Source: Rhodosorus marinus CCMP1338 (taxonomy: Eukaryota > Plantae > Rhodophyta). Taken from it: a DNA stretch of 64,000 nucleotides. The position numbers were made by a program, and so were the translations under genes. The stretch is from NCBI GenBank assembly GCA_029953675.1, contig JAMWBK010000010.1, positions 744,001-808,000 on the forward strand, given 5' to 3'. The notes under the pieces are model-generated. The model was not told where the DNA came from and did not search any database. It worked only from the letters and a program-made list of their open reading frames with translations. Positions 12,778 through 25,938 of this stretch are shown here, in pieces (the stretch's first letter is position 1; the number at the start of each line of letters is the position of its first letter).

Positions 12778-13836
12778 GGCTTCCGTGGATAAGGTTTTCG
12801 TTCAGTTATAAGAGTTTGCTGTAGGCACGAGTCTGTTCAGGAACTACGTTTCTAAGGGGTTCGTAGTACACAAGACGAACACAGGGGGTTTCAGGCAGGA
12901 CGTGGGATTAAATTCAGGCTATAGTGACCGATCCTCGGTCAACCGGCTGCCTCACCACTCGGTCGAATATATCCGTAGCGTCAGCTTTTTCGCTACGCAA
13001 TGATCGTGCTACACGAAGGTCAATTAGGGACATGCCGCGAAAGCTTGGAAATCTGAGTTCCCCCATGAAGAGTGTCACGGCAGTGAATCCGGAACTTAAG
13101 GTCTTCAATTCAGTGCTGGACACAACGCCCGTCGCTTCAAGATCGTAGTTCTGAAGGAGAAGGAGACGTAGGTCGGTTGACTTTTGAAGACGTTTCGATA
13201 GCCAAGCTCTCAACACCGCAAGGAGTTTGGAGTTTGTCTCCACTTTCCACGACGAGCCGAGCAGTACTGTTCAAGACATAAACAAGCAATCACAGAAGAG
13301 TCCGGTCAATCTTCCAGGCAGGGGAAAAAGAAAAGCCTAGTACAAAGCCCGACGATCGCCTTGAGCTTTTGGAGATGAGGTGGATGGCGAGCGTCATGAA
13401 GACAAACTTTCTCGGTGAGGACAGCGCGCGATTGTTTTCGTAGGGGAGCAGCCAAGAGATACGACGAAACTGTACTTCTCGACGGTTTCTAGGGTGAACG
13501 TGTTGTGTTGAAGCGTTACAACCTCAGTACTCTGCCGTGCGCTTCTCAGCGTAGTGTTGAAATTCGCAGTTTTGGGCGGGTTTGTCTGAGGAGGAATCGT
13601 AGCTCTTGGTCAGGGCTTGCACTGTTCTTCTTGGTTGTATGAGGATCCGAGGAACTGCCCGCTAGCGCTGTGGAGGTACTGGGCCCATATCGTCGTTTTC
13701 TTGTACGCGTATCGGTGGGGTTTGAACTTGATTGCCCCTGATACGAGCGAGGCCAAGGTTTGTATCGTAGAGTGTGGAGTATTTTGGTTGTTTCTGGATC
13801 AAAGCAGAGTCTCTTGGAAAGGAGGTGCGGGTGATA
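12778..13836 (+). CDS. Probable small multi-exon hypothetical gene upstream of Nup107 (5' end uncertain)
   Basis: 3' exons can be joined at GT-AG sites to give ...AGEKEKPSTKPDDRLELLEMRWMASVMKTNFLGEQPRDTTKLYFSTFWAGLSEEESAVEVLGPYRRFLVRSLLERRCG*; no family recognised. Confidence 0.3.
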
Positions 13837-13916
13837 TTGCATGGGTTATGGATTCGTACAGCTGTTAACGATTTGAAAAGCGAAACGTGTTTAGGCAGGG
13901 TTTGTGCAATTGAGAT

Positions 13917-16467
13917 ATGACTTCGATTACTCCGACGGTGAGAAGGATCAACTTTTCCTCGCCATCGCAATCAAGATCGCCATACATTTCGGGATCAGCA
14001 CAGAGGAGAACGCCTTCGAGCGTCGGGAAATCAACCCCTAGGACAAAAGTAAACATCAGGGCCACGCACTCCGCGGAGGATCGGCTTAGAGCTGCCGGCC
14101 TCGATGTTCTTGCTGCCTTTCAAAATGGAGATATCAAAAATCCAGAAGTTTTCGCGAAACAGATGCGCCTGGCAGTAGAAGCGCAGATGAAAGATACAGA
14201 AGGACTGTACTCGTCCTCGTTGCCCGCCGTTGACGTTCAATCGGCGCTGTTGAACCTTGACAGTGAAAGATGCCTGTGGCTCCTGGCGGAGAGGAGCATG
14301 AGAATGGAGCAAAGTTTTGCTGTAAATGACGTGGTCAGTCGTTTAGCAAAGGCTGAAGCATTTGGGGTCAACTCGATGCCGCTTCTCACTAGGTTGAGGA
14401 TTGTATCAGAATGGCTTGAAACAATGGCTGGTGAGAGAATAGATGCGGCTGGAGGTGCAAACTTGAAGCCTCTAGATGATCCTGCATATACATGGCAGTA
14501 TTCCTTTCCCGACATTACCCCAGTGGTGGACCACTACAATCTCACTGATGTAGAGGCGCGTGTGGAAGAACGTGCAAGTAGAGAGATGTGGAAACTTCTC
14601 CTGGCGGGGAGAGCTGAAGATGCAGAACAGCTAAGCCGAAGCATAGGGCAGGGCTGGCGCGCAGCGAGCTCCTTTGCAGCTGGTCGCGGTGTTTCATGGA
14701 TCAGCAGCGATGGAACTGTCGGTGGGTCAAGAGCAAGCTGGGCGAAAGTTGCGGCGAAGATTGCGGAGGACAAAGATTCACCAATGTCCCCTTACGAAAA
14801 AGCTGCACTAGGGCTGCTGGCTGGCGTAGAGGCACCAGCGCTTGCCGTGTGCGCTCAATACGAAGAGCGCTTGTGGGTTCGGGCTTCTTGCGCGGCTTAC
14901 GCTATGACCAAGGCCTTGGCGGAAGGTGCAGAAGAGGATCTGGATGTTGAAACCCTGTTGCACATATTTTTGCAGACAGAAGGAATTGGAGAAAGGGGTA
15001 CGGAAATCCAGTCCGCCCGGAAGGTTCAGGCTTATCTGTCGCTTGGAAGAGACATACCGGAAGACGCCCTCTGCAACCTCCTGAGTGAGATGAACATGGC
15101 GGGTCGATCTGCCGAATGCAGTACATGGCTTCTTAGGATGAACGCTCACATAGCCCTCGTGTATAGACTCTGCGGACTAATTGACCAAGGGAACGACCTG
15201 GTCGTGGAGCTCTTTGAAGAGACGGTCAGGGCGTACATAGCTAGGCTAATCAAAATTGCTAAGGACGACGGTGGCGCGGGGCAAGGAAAAGTTGCGCTGG
15301 AGTTTTCGAGGCAAGCTCTCTTCGAGATGATAGCGAGATATGCGTCGCAATTGAGCGAGCCCCTTGCAGTAGAGCTTTGCTCGGAGGTGCTAGAGATATG
15401 TCTACATAGCGACCTGAAGCCTACCGCAGTCGAGAGAGATTCGAGGGCTCAATGTGTACATAAATTTTCGTCATGTTTCGAAAAGGATATCCTCAGACGG
15501 ATTTCTAGTGCCGCCGTGGACAGAGTCTGGGCCACCTCGCTCCCAAAGGATGTAGACGTCTCACAAGGGAGTTCTGGCATGAAGCCAAAGGATGAGCTCG
15601 CAATTGGGATACTGGGGATCCTAATCCTTCCACCAGTGGACAACCCTAAGGAACTTCTGTGCCGGACAACACGGTTAGCCAGACTCTTTGGAATCGCTCA
15701 GAACAACATCGCCGCGAAGCGATTGCTGGAGGTTTTTCCAATCGATTGCTTGCAAAGTATTGCGTCAGAAGACTGTGTGAATGAGAGGCACGAGCTGGAG
15801 TGCTGGCATGCATTCTTTCATGCGCTCTCCAGACATAACGAATGGAGGCATCATTTTTACGGCAACAGGCCACTTCCACCACCGGAGTCGGTACGACAAG
15901 CGGCTGTTGCGGCGTCCGGCACAGTGGCGTACGAATCTCAGGCAGCGGCTAATGTGCAGATGTCCGCCTATCTGGAGTTACTGGAGGAGTACAACCGCGT
16001 TGGTCAGAGGCTTCGTGTCATCGCCGTTGATGCCTTGAATGGGGCGTTGATGATTCCTGGTGGATGGATGCGAGATATACTTTCAAGCGACTCTGCGGAC
16101 GGGGAGAACCGAGAGCAAGAATTGCTGGTCGTGAGAGGGATTGGAGTCCCTACTTTGGTTTCTTTACTTCAAAACATTCTGGACGAATCGAGCTCTCACT
16201 CCGAGGCAACCCAGGTACGCTACCCTAAGCAGGAAACGAGTTTGCTCATTGCCTTATGTTCCTAAACCTTTCCTCTCCTTTGCTCAGCTTGTTGACCTTG
16301 TTGCAAGCGAGAGGTTGAAACTCTACGAAGACTTCCCCAGGAACGAGCTCAAGGCCTTTCTAACAAGGGCGCGTACTAGCTTTACAAATCTGGCGCAGAG
16401 CATGGCGGATCACCGGAAACCTGGTGAAGAGCTGTACAAGGGCGAGATCTTCCAGGACTTGGGATGA
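13917..16467 (+). CDS. NUP107: Nucleoporin Nup107/Nup84
   Basis: 782-aa ORF with WKLLLAGRAEDAEQLSRSIGQGWRAAS...W..AAKIAE...YEKAALGLLAG...YEERLW motif; one intron near 16215-16290; last exon LVDLVASERLKLYEDF...DLG*. Confidence 0.9.
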
Positions 16468-16537
16468 CCAGATGATGCCGCTCATTTCGTTTAAACCTTC
16501 AACCCTGCGTAGACCCATCTACGTATTAGTGATTCAC

Positions 16538-18180
16538 TTATCTACGAACCGATGTGGCTCCGTTCATGGATGTCAGTTTGGACCTCTCCTCATGCAGAAG
16601 CATCCAGCACCTCTTGAGGTCCCGTAGCAGCTCCTGCCCCTGCACGGATTGAAAGCGGAGCCCGAGTTCCGTGAACTCGCGGCAGGCAGCGTCGCACACC
16701 TAGTTTATGGAGAAATGGATCTGATCAGATAGTGGGTTTCGTTACAGCAGCGTTTGATGATGACAGCTTACGTTCAACATGGCTTTCCTGCAAAGCAACC
16801 GATGTTGCCAAGCCTTAACGGCAGCACCGACATAAGTACGGAAATAAATGATAGGCCTGCCCCTCACGCGCGCTTCTGCAACTTCCTCTTCTGTGTGAAC
16901 AACGTGAAGGAACAATGCTCGCATACGCTCGGGCAGGTCCTGCAGAAGCCTCATTCCTGCCACCGGATCGTATTGTCCCGTGTCACCAATGAAAACGAAC
17001 TTTACTCCTGGGTCTACCTGTCGAGAAAGGTTAATAATATTCTCATATTTTGTATGTCCCGTCCTAGGCAGAAACAGCCAGTCTATGATACAACCATACA
17101 ATCGCTCACCGAGTCCCCAGTCGTGAAGGCCGTTCAATTCTCCACATCGCCTGTAGCCAACGGCGACTCGATGGTCCTCGTTCAACCCTAGGATAGGTTC
17201 GAGTTCCTTCGGTCTAGCGGTTGCTACGGAAACCCTGAGAGGGGAATATTCTGAATCACAGCTCCTTGCCAACTCCAGCCCAAACTGGTATGCCCCTGGA
17301 TAAGCCACGCCATGGTAAAACCGCTGATCAATACCTCCGCTGATAGGAAGCCAGAGAAAGTTCTGCCCTCCAGAGCAGCAGATCGTGTCGTCAATATCTG
17401 AGATTACTTTGATCACGTCTTTTCCATTCGAGTCCGTTTCATTTCCGGCCATCCACTCCTCGAGGATACGATCTTTTACGTAGTGCTTTCTCCATCGACC
17501 CGTATCCATTGGAGATCTCCCACTCATCCTCCTCCCATCATTTCCTACTCGAAGGATCAGTCCCACAATGTAAAATTCTCACGTGTGAAGCCACCTTATA
17601 ACAACCCCCTTGAGGAGTTTGCCGTTGAAAACAGACTAGCCACAATGACTCAAGACCAGGACGCTTGGTTACATCAAGTCTCTCTTAGTCCCTACCTCAT
17701 CCAACAGAATTGTACTCCTTCCCCATTCTCAAACAGGGAAAACGTTTCCCCCACTCCGTCTCAAGATCCGGTAAAAAGAGCAACTGCTTACGATAAGAGG
17801 AGTTCCATTCAGCGGCACACCGTTCTGAGGAGGCTGGCTCCGAAGCCGATGTGGGGATGTCTCGAATATAAGCGATGCTTTCAGAAGCAAACTACGGCGT
17901 GGTACAGCTCGCTTGGCGAGTCACGCCAAGCATATAGAGGCGAAGTCTGGACACCGTTTCCCCTCGAGCCTAGCGTGCTACCCCAATACGCTACCTCCTC
18001 AACCTGCATTTTGGTTTGCGGGTCTTTCGAGTGCTTTGCGCGAACATTCGATTCATGTGCGTCACGTGAAGTGAAGCCTCACGGACGGAACTCTGGTGAA
18101 GGAAACTGGTCAACTGCTGCTGCTGGAAAAGTTTGAGCAGGCGGGACTATTTCTTGTTCAGGCCCTTTGATTTCCAACAT
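16538..18180 (-). CDS. App1-like phosphatidate phosphatase (HAD-like catalytic domain); 5' exons uncertain
   Basis: VISDIDDTI (DxDxT) and FVFIGDTGQYD motifs; last exon VCDAACREFTEL...TSVRR* ends at 16538. Confidence 0.8.
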
Positions 18181-19119
18181 GGGGAGGGTTTGTGACGACC
18201 TTCGGATAACAAACTGTCACCAGCTTTGGGTTGTAATAGATGCCTTGGAGAGAGAGGAGGGGGAGGACGAGTACGGAAACGCGTGATCCGTTGACTTGTG
18301 CGGTTTCTCTTTTATACAAAAGCGCTCCATAGTGTCGTCAACTCTCCCGTACTCGTCAGGGCAGGAGAGCTGGCCCGAAGGCTCTTGACTGGCCAACGAG
18401 AATCGATGCCTGCTCCATTCACAGACCGATAAACTCTCTACTACTACTAGCTATAGTGACAGAAACAAAGCAGAGGTCGTTCAAAAACTTGAGCATTCTT
18501 TCGATCATCAACTAGAACTTTACCGGGAATAAGAATTTCACCTTCGGCATCCCAAGGAGGTTCTAGGGTATCTGCAGGTATCCTTCAGATGCCTTTGTTC
18601 TCCACAGCCCTCGAACAACCGTTGAAAACTCCTTTTGCAAAGGCCGTGCGGCTTACACCATCGACTGTGGCATGTTTAGAACCATTTAGAATATATCGAG
18701 CATTTTAGGACTAGAATCAATTTTTTAACTTCTTGAAACAAAATAATAAGGATACTTGATCTAAATAAAGATCATAGTTCTATATTAGGGATTCTTACGA
18801 GGAGCGACAGTTCCGCGGTCGTTCGTCCTTGCAAAGGGGAAAGAGGACAGGGACTACTTGAAGGCGAAGAGGCCTTTCAGGCTAGAGCAGGGTTAGTCAG
18901 GAGTGAGTCGCGGGCTCTGTTAAGCTCTGATGAAATCGACTTTGTTCTCGGTCGTTTGAGTTTGTGGGTTGACTCTTGTTTGGGGGGTTTTGGGGCGAGC
19001 AAGATCGAGCTTTTTTGGGAGATCGAAAAGAGCTCTGCAAAGTTCTTTTTCGGCTTTTGTGTGGATTTTAAGAGGGACCTGTGGTGCCTCGTACGCCGCC
19101 CTTTTTGTATTAGGCCGCG

Positions 19120-19655
19120 ATGATTAAAGGTATTATTATCGCCTCATACAAGAGCGGTGGGGTATTGTTTCAGAGGTACTACGGGAGGGACCTGAGCACG
19201 GTGAGCGCGCAGGCTCGCTTTTTGCAGAAAGTTCGCGACACGACGGCTATCGAATGGCCCGCTCTCATACAGGAGAGCCCTGAGGAGGTTTGGTTTGCTT
19301 CGTCAAAGGTTTTCCCAGGAGGGCTTCTGTCGTCTAAACACCCTTTTGTCGTCGGTTAATTTGCCAGTGCGCGTACGCTGATGGAATGCACATAACCTAC
19401 AAGTTAATGGGAGATGTTGTTGTTACTGTGGTGGGGGTAGATGAGCACGACCAGATGCTGCTTCTCGAATTCTGCAGGGCATTTGAAGCCGCCGTCAAGA
19501 AAGTCCTGAAAATCAAACCCAACGCTGATGTTTCAATGGAATTGAGGATCTTGCAGAGCTACTCAAAGGTGTCCATGATCGTAGAGGAGATGATTATCGA
19601 TGGAGACATAGACCATCTGGACGCGAACATGATCGCGGCGGTAATCAAAATGTAA
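19120..19655 (+). CDS. Longin/sigma-type small adaptin subunit, most like TSET TSPOON (plant LOLITA), about 151 aa
   Basis: Two exons give MIKGIIIASYKSGGVLFQRYYG...CAYADGMHITYKLMGDVVVTVVGVDEHDQMLLLEF...AAVKKVL...YSKVSMIVEEMIIDGDIDHLDANMI. The Y-x-x-[ML]-G-D-V...V-G-x-D-E-x-D pattern is TSPOON-like rather than zeta-COP-like. Confidence 0.75.
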
Positions 19656-20024
19656 GACAAATGCACCACGCTAGTGGGTTTCGCGTGAGAAAGAGCTCAG
19701 CTCAGAAACTACGTTCACGTTGCGTCTGGGACACTTCGGATATTGGGGTTTGAGTCCAAGGATCTCGTACAAGATACTTCTTTAGCAGAAGATTAAATTG
19801 TGTACTATAGTAATACAATCTTCGCGGGTTTCCGGTTGGACATCCGTTCCCTCCTCAACAGCTCGAGTTATTAAAATCACGATCCCAGCCACCCCCGCAG
19901 GTCCAGTCCGGTCCAGCGCCAACGCTCGAATTTGAGGACTGTACAGATCCATCAGGCGACGTCGCGGAGTACGCTCACACGCACACCAAGAGTCTCTTAC
20001 AAGTTGATCTTTGCACTGATATGC

Positions 20025-21672
<1,648 letters not shown>

Positions 21673-23335
21673 CCTTTCCTCTCCAAAGAAATACCGGAAA
21701 ACTCTCACTAGTCACAAGGTATACACAATCTACGGCAACACAAAAATCCAAACCACGTTCATTCACACTCTTCCCAACCAGCCCACGCTCCCAAACTGCT
21801 CCCCCTCGACGATCGTATAGTCTGTTATATAGGCCCCAGCTCCTCCCTCATCAGCAAGGAGTAACAATCAGACATTTTCTTTGGTCCAAAAAATCTCCAC
21901 TCCGAACAACCCCTCCTAAGAACACCCCATTAAATTTTCAATAGCTACAAATCACAAATAAAATAAGCCTTATTGAAAAACCTATCTACTTGCAAATACC
22001 CCCCTTCCAACCTCATCGTTGATTAAAAGGTTCTTGTAATCGTACCAAAATTAAGGCCCAACAAGATGAATTTTGATCTTGAGGGGGGTTCCATATTCCC
22101 AGAGCGTAAAACAGTATACAGCGAAAAAACAATGGCCTTTTGAGTAATCCCTGCAAATGAAGCATTAACAAACAGGGGTTCTCCTGTGACGCAGAAAGTC
22201 AGTTGGAGAATGATAATTCATTTGACCCCCCCTTATGATCTGCTCGCATGCAGAGGCTGTTCCCGTTCGATGCCTGGATAAATATATATTAATCAAGAGG
22301 TCGGAGGCGACCACCATCAAGTCGGGCAGCCTGGAGCCAGTCCAATACCACCCCTCCCCCTCGGGTGTAATTGGTGTGAAAAAGGAATCTTCACGGTCGG
22401 CTTTGATTTCCAATTGTTTTGTTAAGTATCGAGGAAATCCTGCGGCTCGGCTTCTTTCTTTTATCCAGTTATCGTCCACAGAACATAAATATTACTTTAT
22501 TATGACAAATTTTCAATAGTAGTCGATAGGGAAAATCAACTAAAATATCCTTAAATGTGGAATTTTTTTCCAAGTTCTTTAAATAGGTTGACATCTTTAG
22601 ACTGGATTCTGATGGAGGTTGGAATAATCTAAAGGAAAATTGCAATAGTTCCTAAAACTTGACCGATTAAGCAAAACTACCCAGATTGAGAATTTTGGTA
22701 GAGGATGAGTTCTTGAAATAGGTTCACCGGTGGGTGGCCTGCCCCGACAGCCTCTTTGGAGACGACATGGTTTGTACTGTGCGTCCTGAGCAGTGGTTGC
22801 TCCCCTACTAGCAGCAAGTACTCCCAAGCAATAAGTGATAAATCAAGGAGCCTGGTGAGAGCGGGAGCACAACATCATCAACACGCCGGCTTTTTCTAGA
22901 ATTGTACGCAAGGTGCTGACTCGAATGGATTTGGTGGCAGTCGCGGAACGCACTTGTCAAAGCTCTGTCACAGTGAGGGAGAGACGCTCCTCTAAACTTG
23001 ATATGATTGAAAGCTGGCTCACAAATTCTCAAGTGTAGGGACCGCGTGCGCAGGGTGAAGCCGCATCAGTAGGAAGAATTTCGAGCTGGGCCGGAGCTTT
23101 AGGAGTCTATCAAGTCGATTCGTAGTAAGCCTTCTGCTTTTCTGTATGCTGATGTATCCCACAGATTAGCTGCCCCTGAGCAGACAATCATGGAATACAT
23201 CTGCTAGCGGTTTATTTGTTCTTAGTCTTTCCTGTTCTGCCTATGCTGATGATCGAGGAGCACCACATAGTGCGAACCAGGAAACTGCGACGCGGTCCAG
23301 CTGAGCCAAGTCGAGGCGCACCTCAATTCTCAGAG

Positions 23336-24073
23336 ATGCTCAGGTACAGGATCATTGCGGCGATCACCCGCGATAGCAGAGGGATTGGAAAGGATGGGGT
23401 TATGCCATGGCCCAAACTGGGCGCGGATATGAAGCATTTTCGGGAGCTCACAGTGGGCGGCGTTGTTATCGTTGGCCGCGTTACCTTCGAGAAGATTGGT
23501 GTCTTGGAGAACAGGCTCAACGTGGTTCTTTGCAGATCACGAAATGAATACCGAGGGGAGAATCTGATCGGCGCTCGTTCACTGGAACAAGCCGAGATGT
23601 TGATCGGGTCTAGAGGTACGCATATGTGTTGAGTAAACATCAGAAACGGAAACTAATACTCACTACAACGTGACTCGCGTCTTCGCGCTGTCCGCCAATA
23701 TTTGCATCTCGTTGAAGACGCGCTAAACGTGATTGCCACTTTCCACACCTTGACGCCCGCCAGGATTTCAAGTAGCGAACATTATCGGGGGTCAATCAGT
23801 CTACAAGACGGCCTTTGAAGTTCCAAGATATAGTCAAAGACTGCACCTCACGGAAATAGAAAACTCGTACGAATGCGACAGGTTCTTCCCGGCGTTTCAC
23901 GATCACCAAAAGGTTCGACACCTCCCGAGAGCTGTCCAATCATCACTTACTCAAATATTTTGACTAGTGTTCGACATATGTCTCCTAAAACTACTATTAT
24001 TCAGATATTTGAGTCCGTACAGCATGAAGAAAACGGAATAAGATTCACATTTTCGGAATGGGAGGCTCGGTAG
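23336..24073 (+). CDS. Monofunctional dihydrofolate reductase, 165 aa, 3 exons
   Basis: Exons 23336-23615, 23764-23912 and 24005-24073 total 498 nt in frame. Motifs IIAA, GIGKDGVMPW, ADMKHFRELT, VGRVTF, NRLNVVL, IIGGQSVY, LTEI...CDRFFP, NGIRFTFSEW. Stop codon follows directly; no TS domain. Confidence 0.9.
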
Positions 24074-24383
24074 TTGCAGAAGGTGACAGTTATTTGGCAA
24101 GTTTGGCCAGCTTCTAGAAGCAAATATTCTTTGTATTTTTTAAATTGTGCGTTTGAGGGTAGAGGTTAGTATTTAACTAGAAGCTTAAGTGTCACTGCCC
24201 GGGTCTTGGGGTGTGGATACATAAGTACTGGTTCGTCGACGATCGAGCGAAGAGGGAGGAGGTATAGGCAGGTTCTTGGGTAGGTCTTGGAGGTGTATGT
24301 GACTTCTGTCTGGTTTAAAATAGATACGTAACTTCAGTACAGAAGTTTCTTGAAGTATACTTATTGTTGAGGTTTGTCTTGCT

Positions 24384-25631
24384 ATGACGGAGGAAGTTCA
24401 TTCTGAGACGAGGATGCCCGAGGAGATGGAAGGTGCCATCCCTATGGACGAGGAAGACGTGGTTTTGGACGAGCAAAACTGCGAAGTTATTGAGCTGAAC
24501 GAAGGTGACGGTGTAAATGATCACGATGATATGGACGAGGATGATGGGGAGGACGGTGAGGGGAGCCTTGACGAGCAGATTGATGACGATGTGGAGCCAG
24601 AAGCTGATGATACCATGATAGATCTGGAAGGGCACACTGAGTCCGTGTTCTGCGTAGTCTCATCACCCTCTGACAATAACGTCGTGGCTAGTGGTGGAGG
24701 CGATGACCGCGCGATTATTCACAACCTGAGGAACAACGAGGTGCAGGCCCAGATTCAGGACTTTGGGGACTCGGTCAGCGCCATTGCATTCAACCAGGAT
24801 GGAAAGCTGGTCGCGTTTGGAGGCATGAATGGAAGGATAGTGGTCGTTGATGTGGCCACCGGGAAGCCAGTTTACGAGCCAGAAGGGCCCGCAGCTTCCG
24901 TTGAATGGCTAGACTTTCACAGCCGCGGCAATTGGCTCATAGGAGGAAGCGCGGATGCTTTTGTGTACATGTGGAACGAGAAAGGAGAGAACGCTATGAT
25001 ATATTCGGGGCACGCGACGATCGTGTCTTGTGGTGGCTTCAGCCCAGACGGCCGCAGCATTGTCACGGGCTCGGAGGATGGCACGGTTCGCATTTGGAAT
25101 CCGAAGACCGGGGAATGTGTTGCCACCAGCGCACCAGCCAATTCAGAAAAGCCCGGCGTTTTATGCATGGATATGATGGACAACATCGCTATCGTGGGCT
25201 ACGAGGATGGGTCTGTTCGACTGGTCAATCTGTCGGATGCCGCCTTCATTGCTTCACTTCCCAGCCACGCTGGGAGCGTTGAGTGCGTCAAGTTTGGGGC
25301 ACCGGGTCTAGTGCCAAAGATATGCGCATCTACTGGGATGGATGGCGTGTTAAGGATCTGGGACATGGACCTGTCGAGAGAGCGCACATCTCTGGTACAT
25401 GGTGCAGGAGTGGTTGCTTGCAGTTGGCACCAGCAGAAACCCGAGCTTATTATCACTGCCAGTGTGGACAGAAAGGTTCACGTCTGGGACGCGAGGAAGG
25501 GGGAGCACGTCGCTGTTTTTATGGGAAATCGGAACACGATTCTGTCCATGGACATTGGCCTCACGGGAGAATATGTCGTGACAGGCAGCGATGATCACCA
25601 TGTGAGAGTATTCAATCTGTACCAGGCCTAA
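24384..25631 (+). CDS. WD40 protein, SQT1/AAMP-like uL16 (Rpl10) chaperone
   Basis: Intronless 415 aa; acidic N-terminus then LEGHTESVFCV...VASGGGDD and WD repeats ending GSDDHHVRVF. Confidence 0.85.
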   Translation: MTEEVHSETRMPEEMEGAIPMDEEDVVLDEQNCEVIELNEGDGVNDHDDMDEDDGEDGEGSLDEQIDDDVEPEADDTMIDLEGHTESVFCVVSSPSDNNVVASGGGDDRAIIHNLRNNEVQAQIQDFGDSVSAIAFNQDGKLVAFGGMNGRIVVVDVATGKPVYEPEGPAASVEWLDFHSRGNWLIGGSADAFVYMWNEKGENAMIYSGHATIVSCGGFSPDGRSIVTGSEDGTVRIWNPKTGECVATSAPANSEKPGVLCMDMMDNIAIVGYEDGSVRLVNLSDAAFIASLPSHAGSVECVKFGAPGLVPKICASTGMDGVLRIWDMDLSRERTSLVHGAGVVACSWHQQKPELIITASVDRKVHVWDARKGEHVAVFMGNRNTILSMDIGLTGEYVVTGSDDHHVRVFNLYQA

Positions 25632-25938
25632 TCGCTTTCTGGCCGTACTCGGGAATCGCGTTCTTAGCAACTCGGCGGGTCCGGACAAAAGCGAGACTCG
25701 TCTATCGGATGGGAATCAGCGTGATGGTTTTTTAGCGTTCAATGTACAAAATTGTGTACTTAACATCGTTATCTTAATGTACAGTAGCAGCGATTTCAAC
25801 TCACTTAATAAACTCTTGTAGTGCCCGATGGGGTCCCAAACTTTCCAAAAATGTATCGCCCAGGCAGAAGAGAAAAAAAGTCAATCGCTAAAAGGGCGTC
25901 GCGGTTGCTTGGTTGATCAATGGTGATACCCAAAGTCG

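Noticed and set aside
12914-13243. Minus-strand ORF with an EF-hand-like DLEATGVVSSTEL
   Set aside because: No ATG or coherent splice model, only one atypical loop, and a plus-strand exon chain fits gene layout better; not fully excluded.
22165-22519. Overlapping ~100-aa ORFs in the UGPase-DHFR spacer
   Set aside because: No start context, splice support or family motifs.
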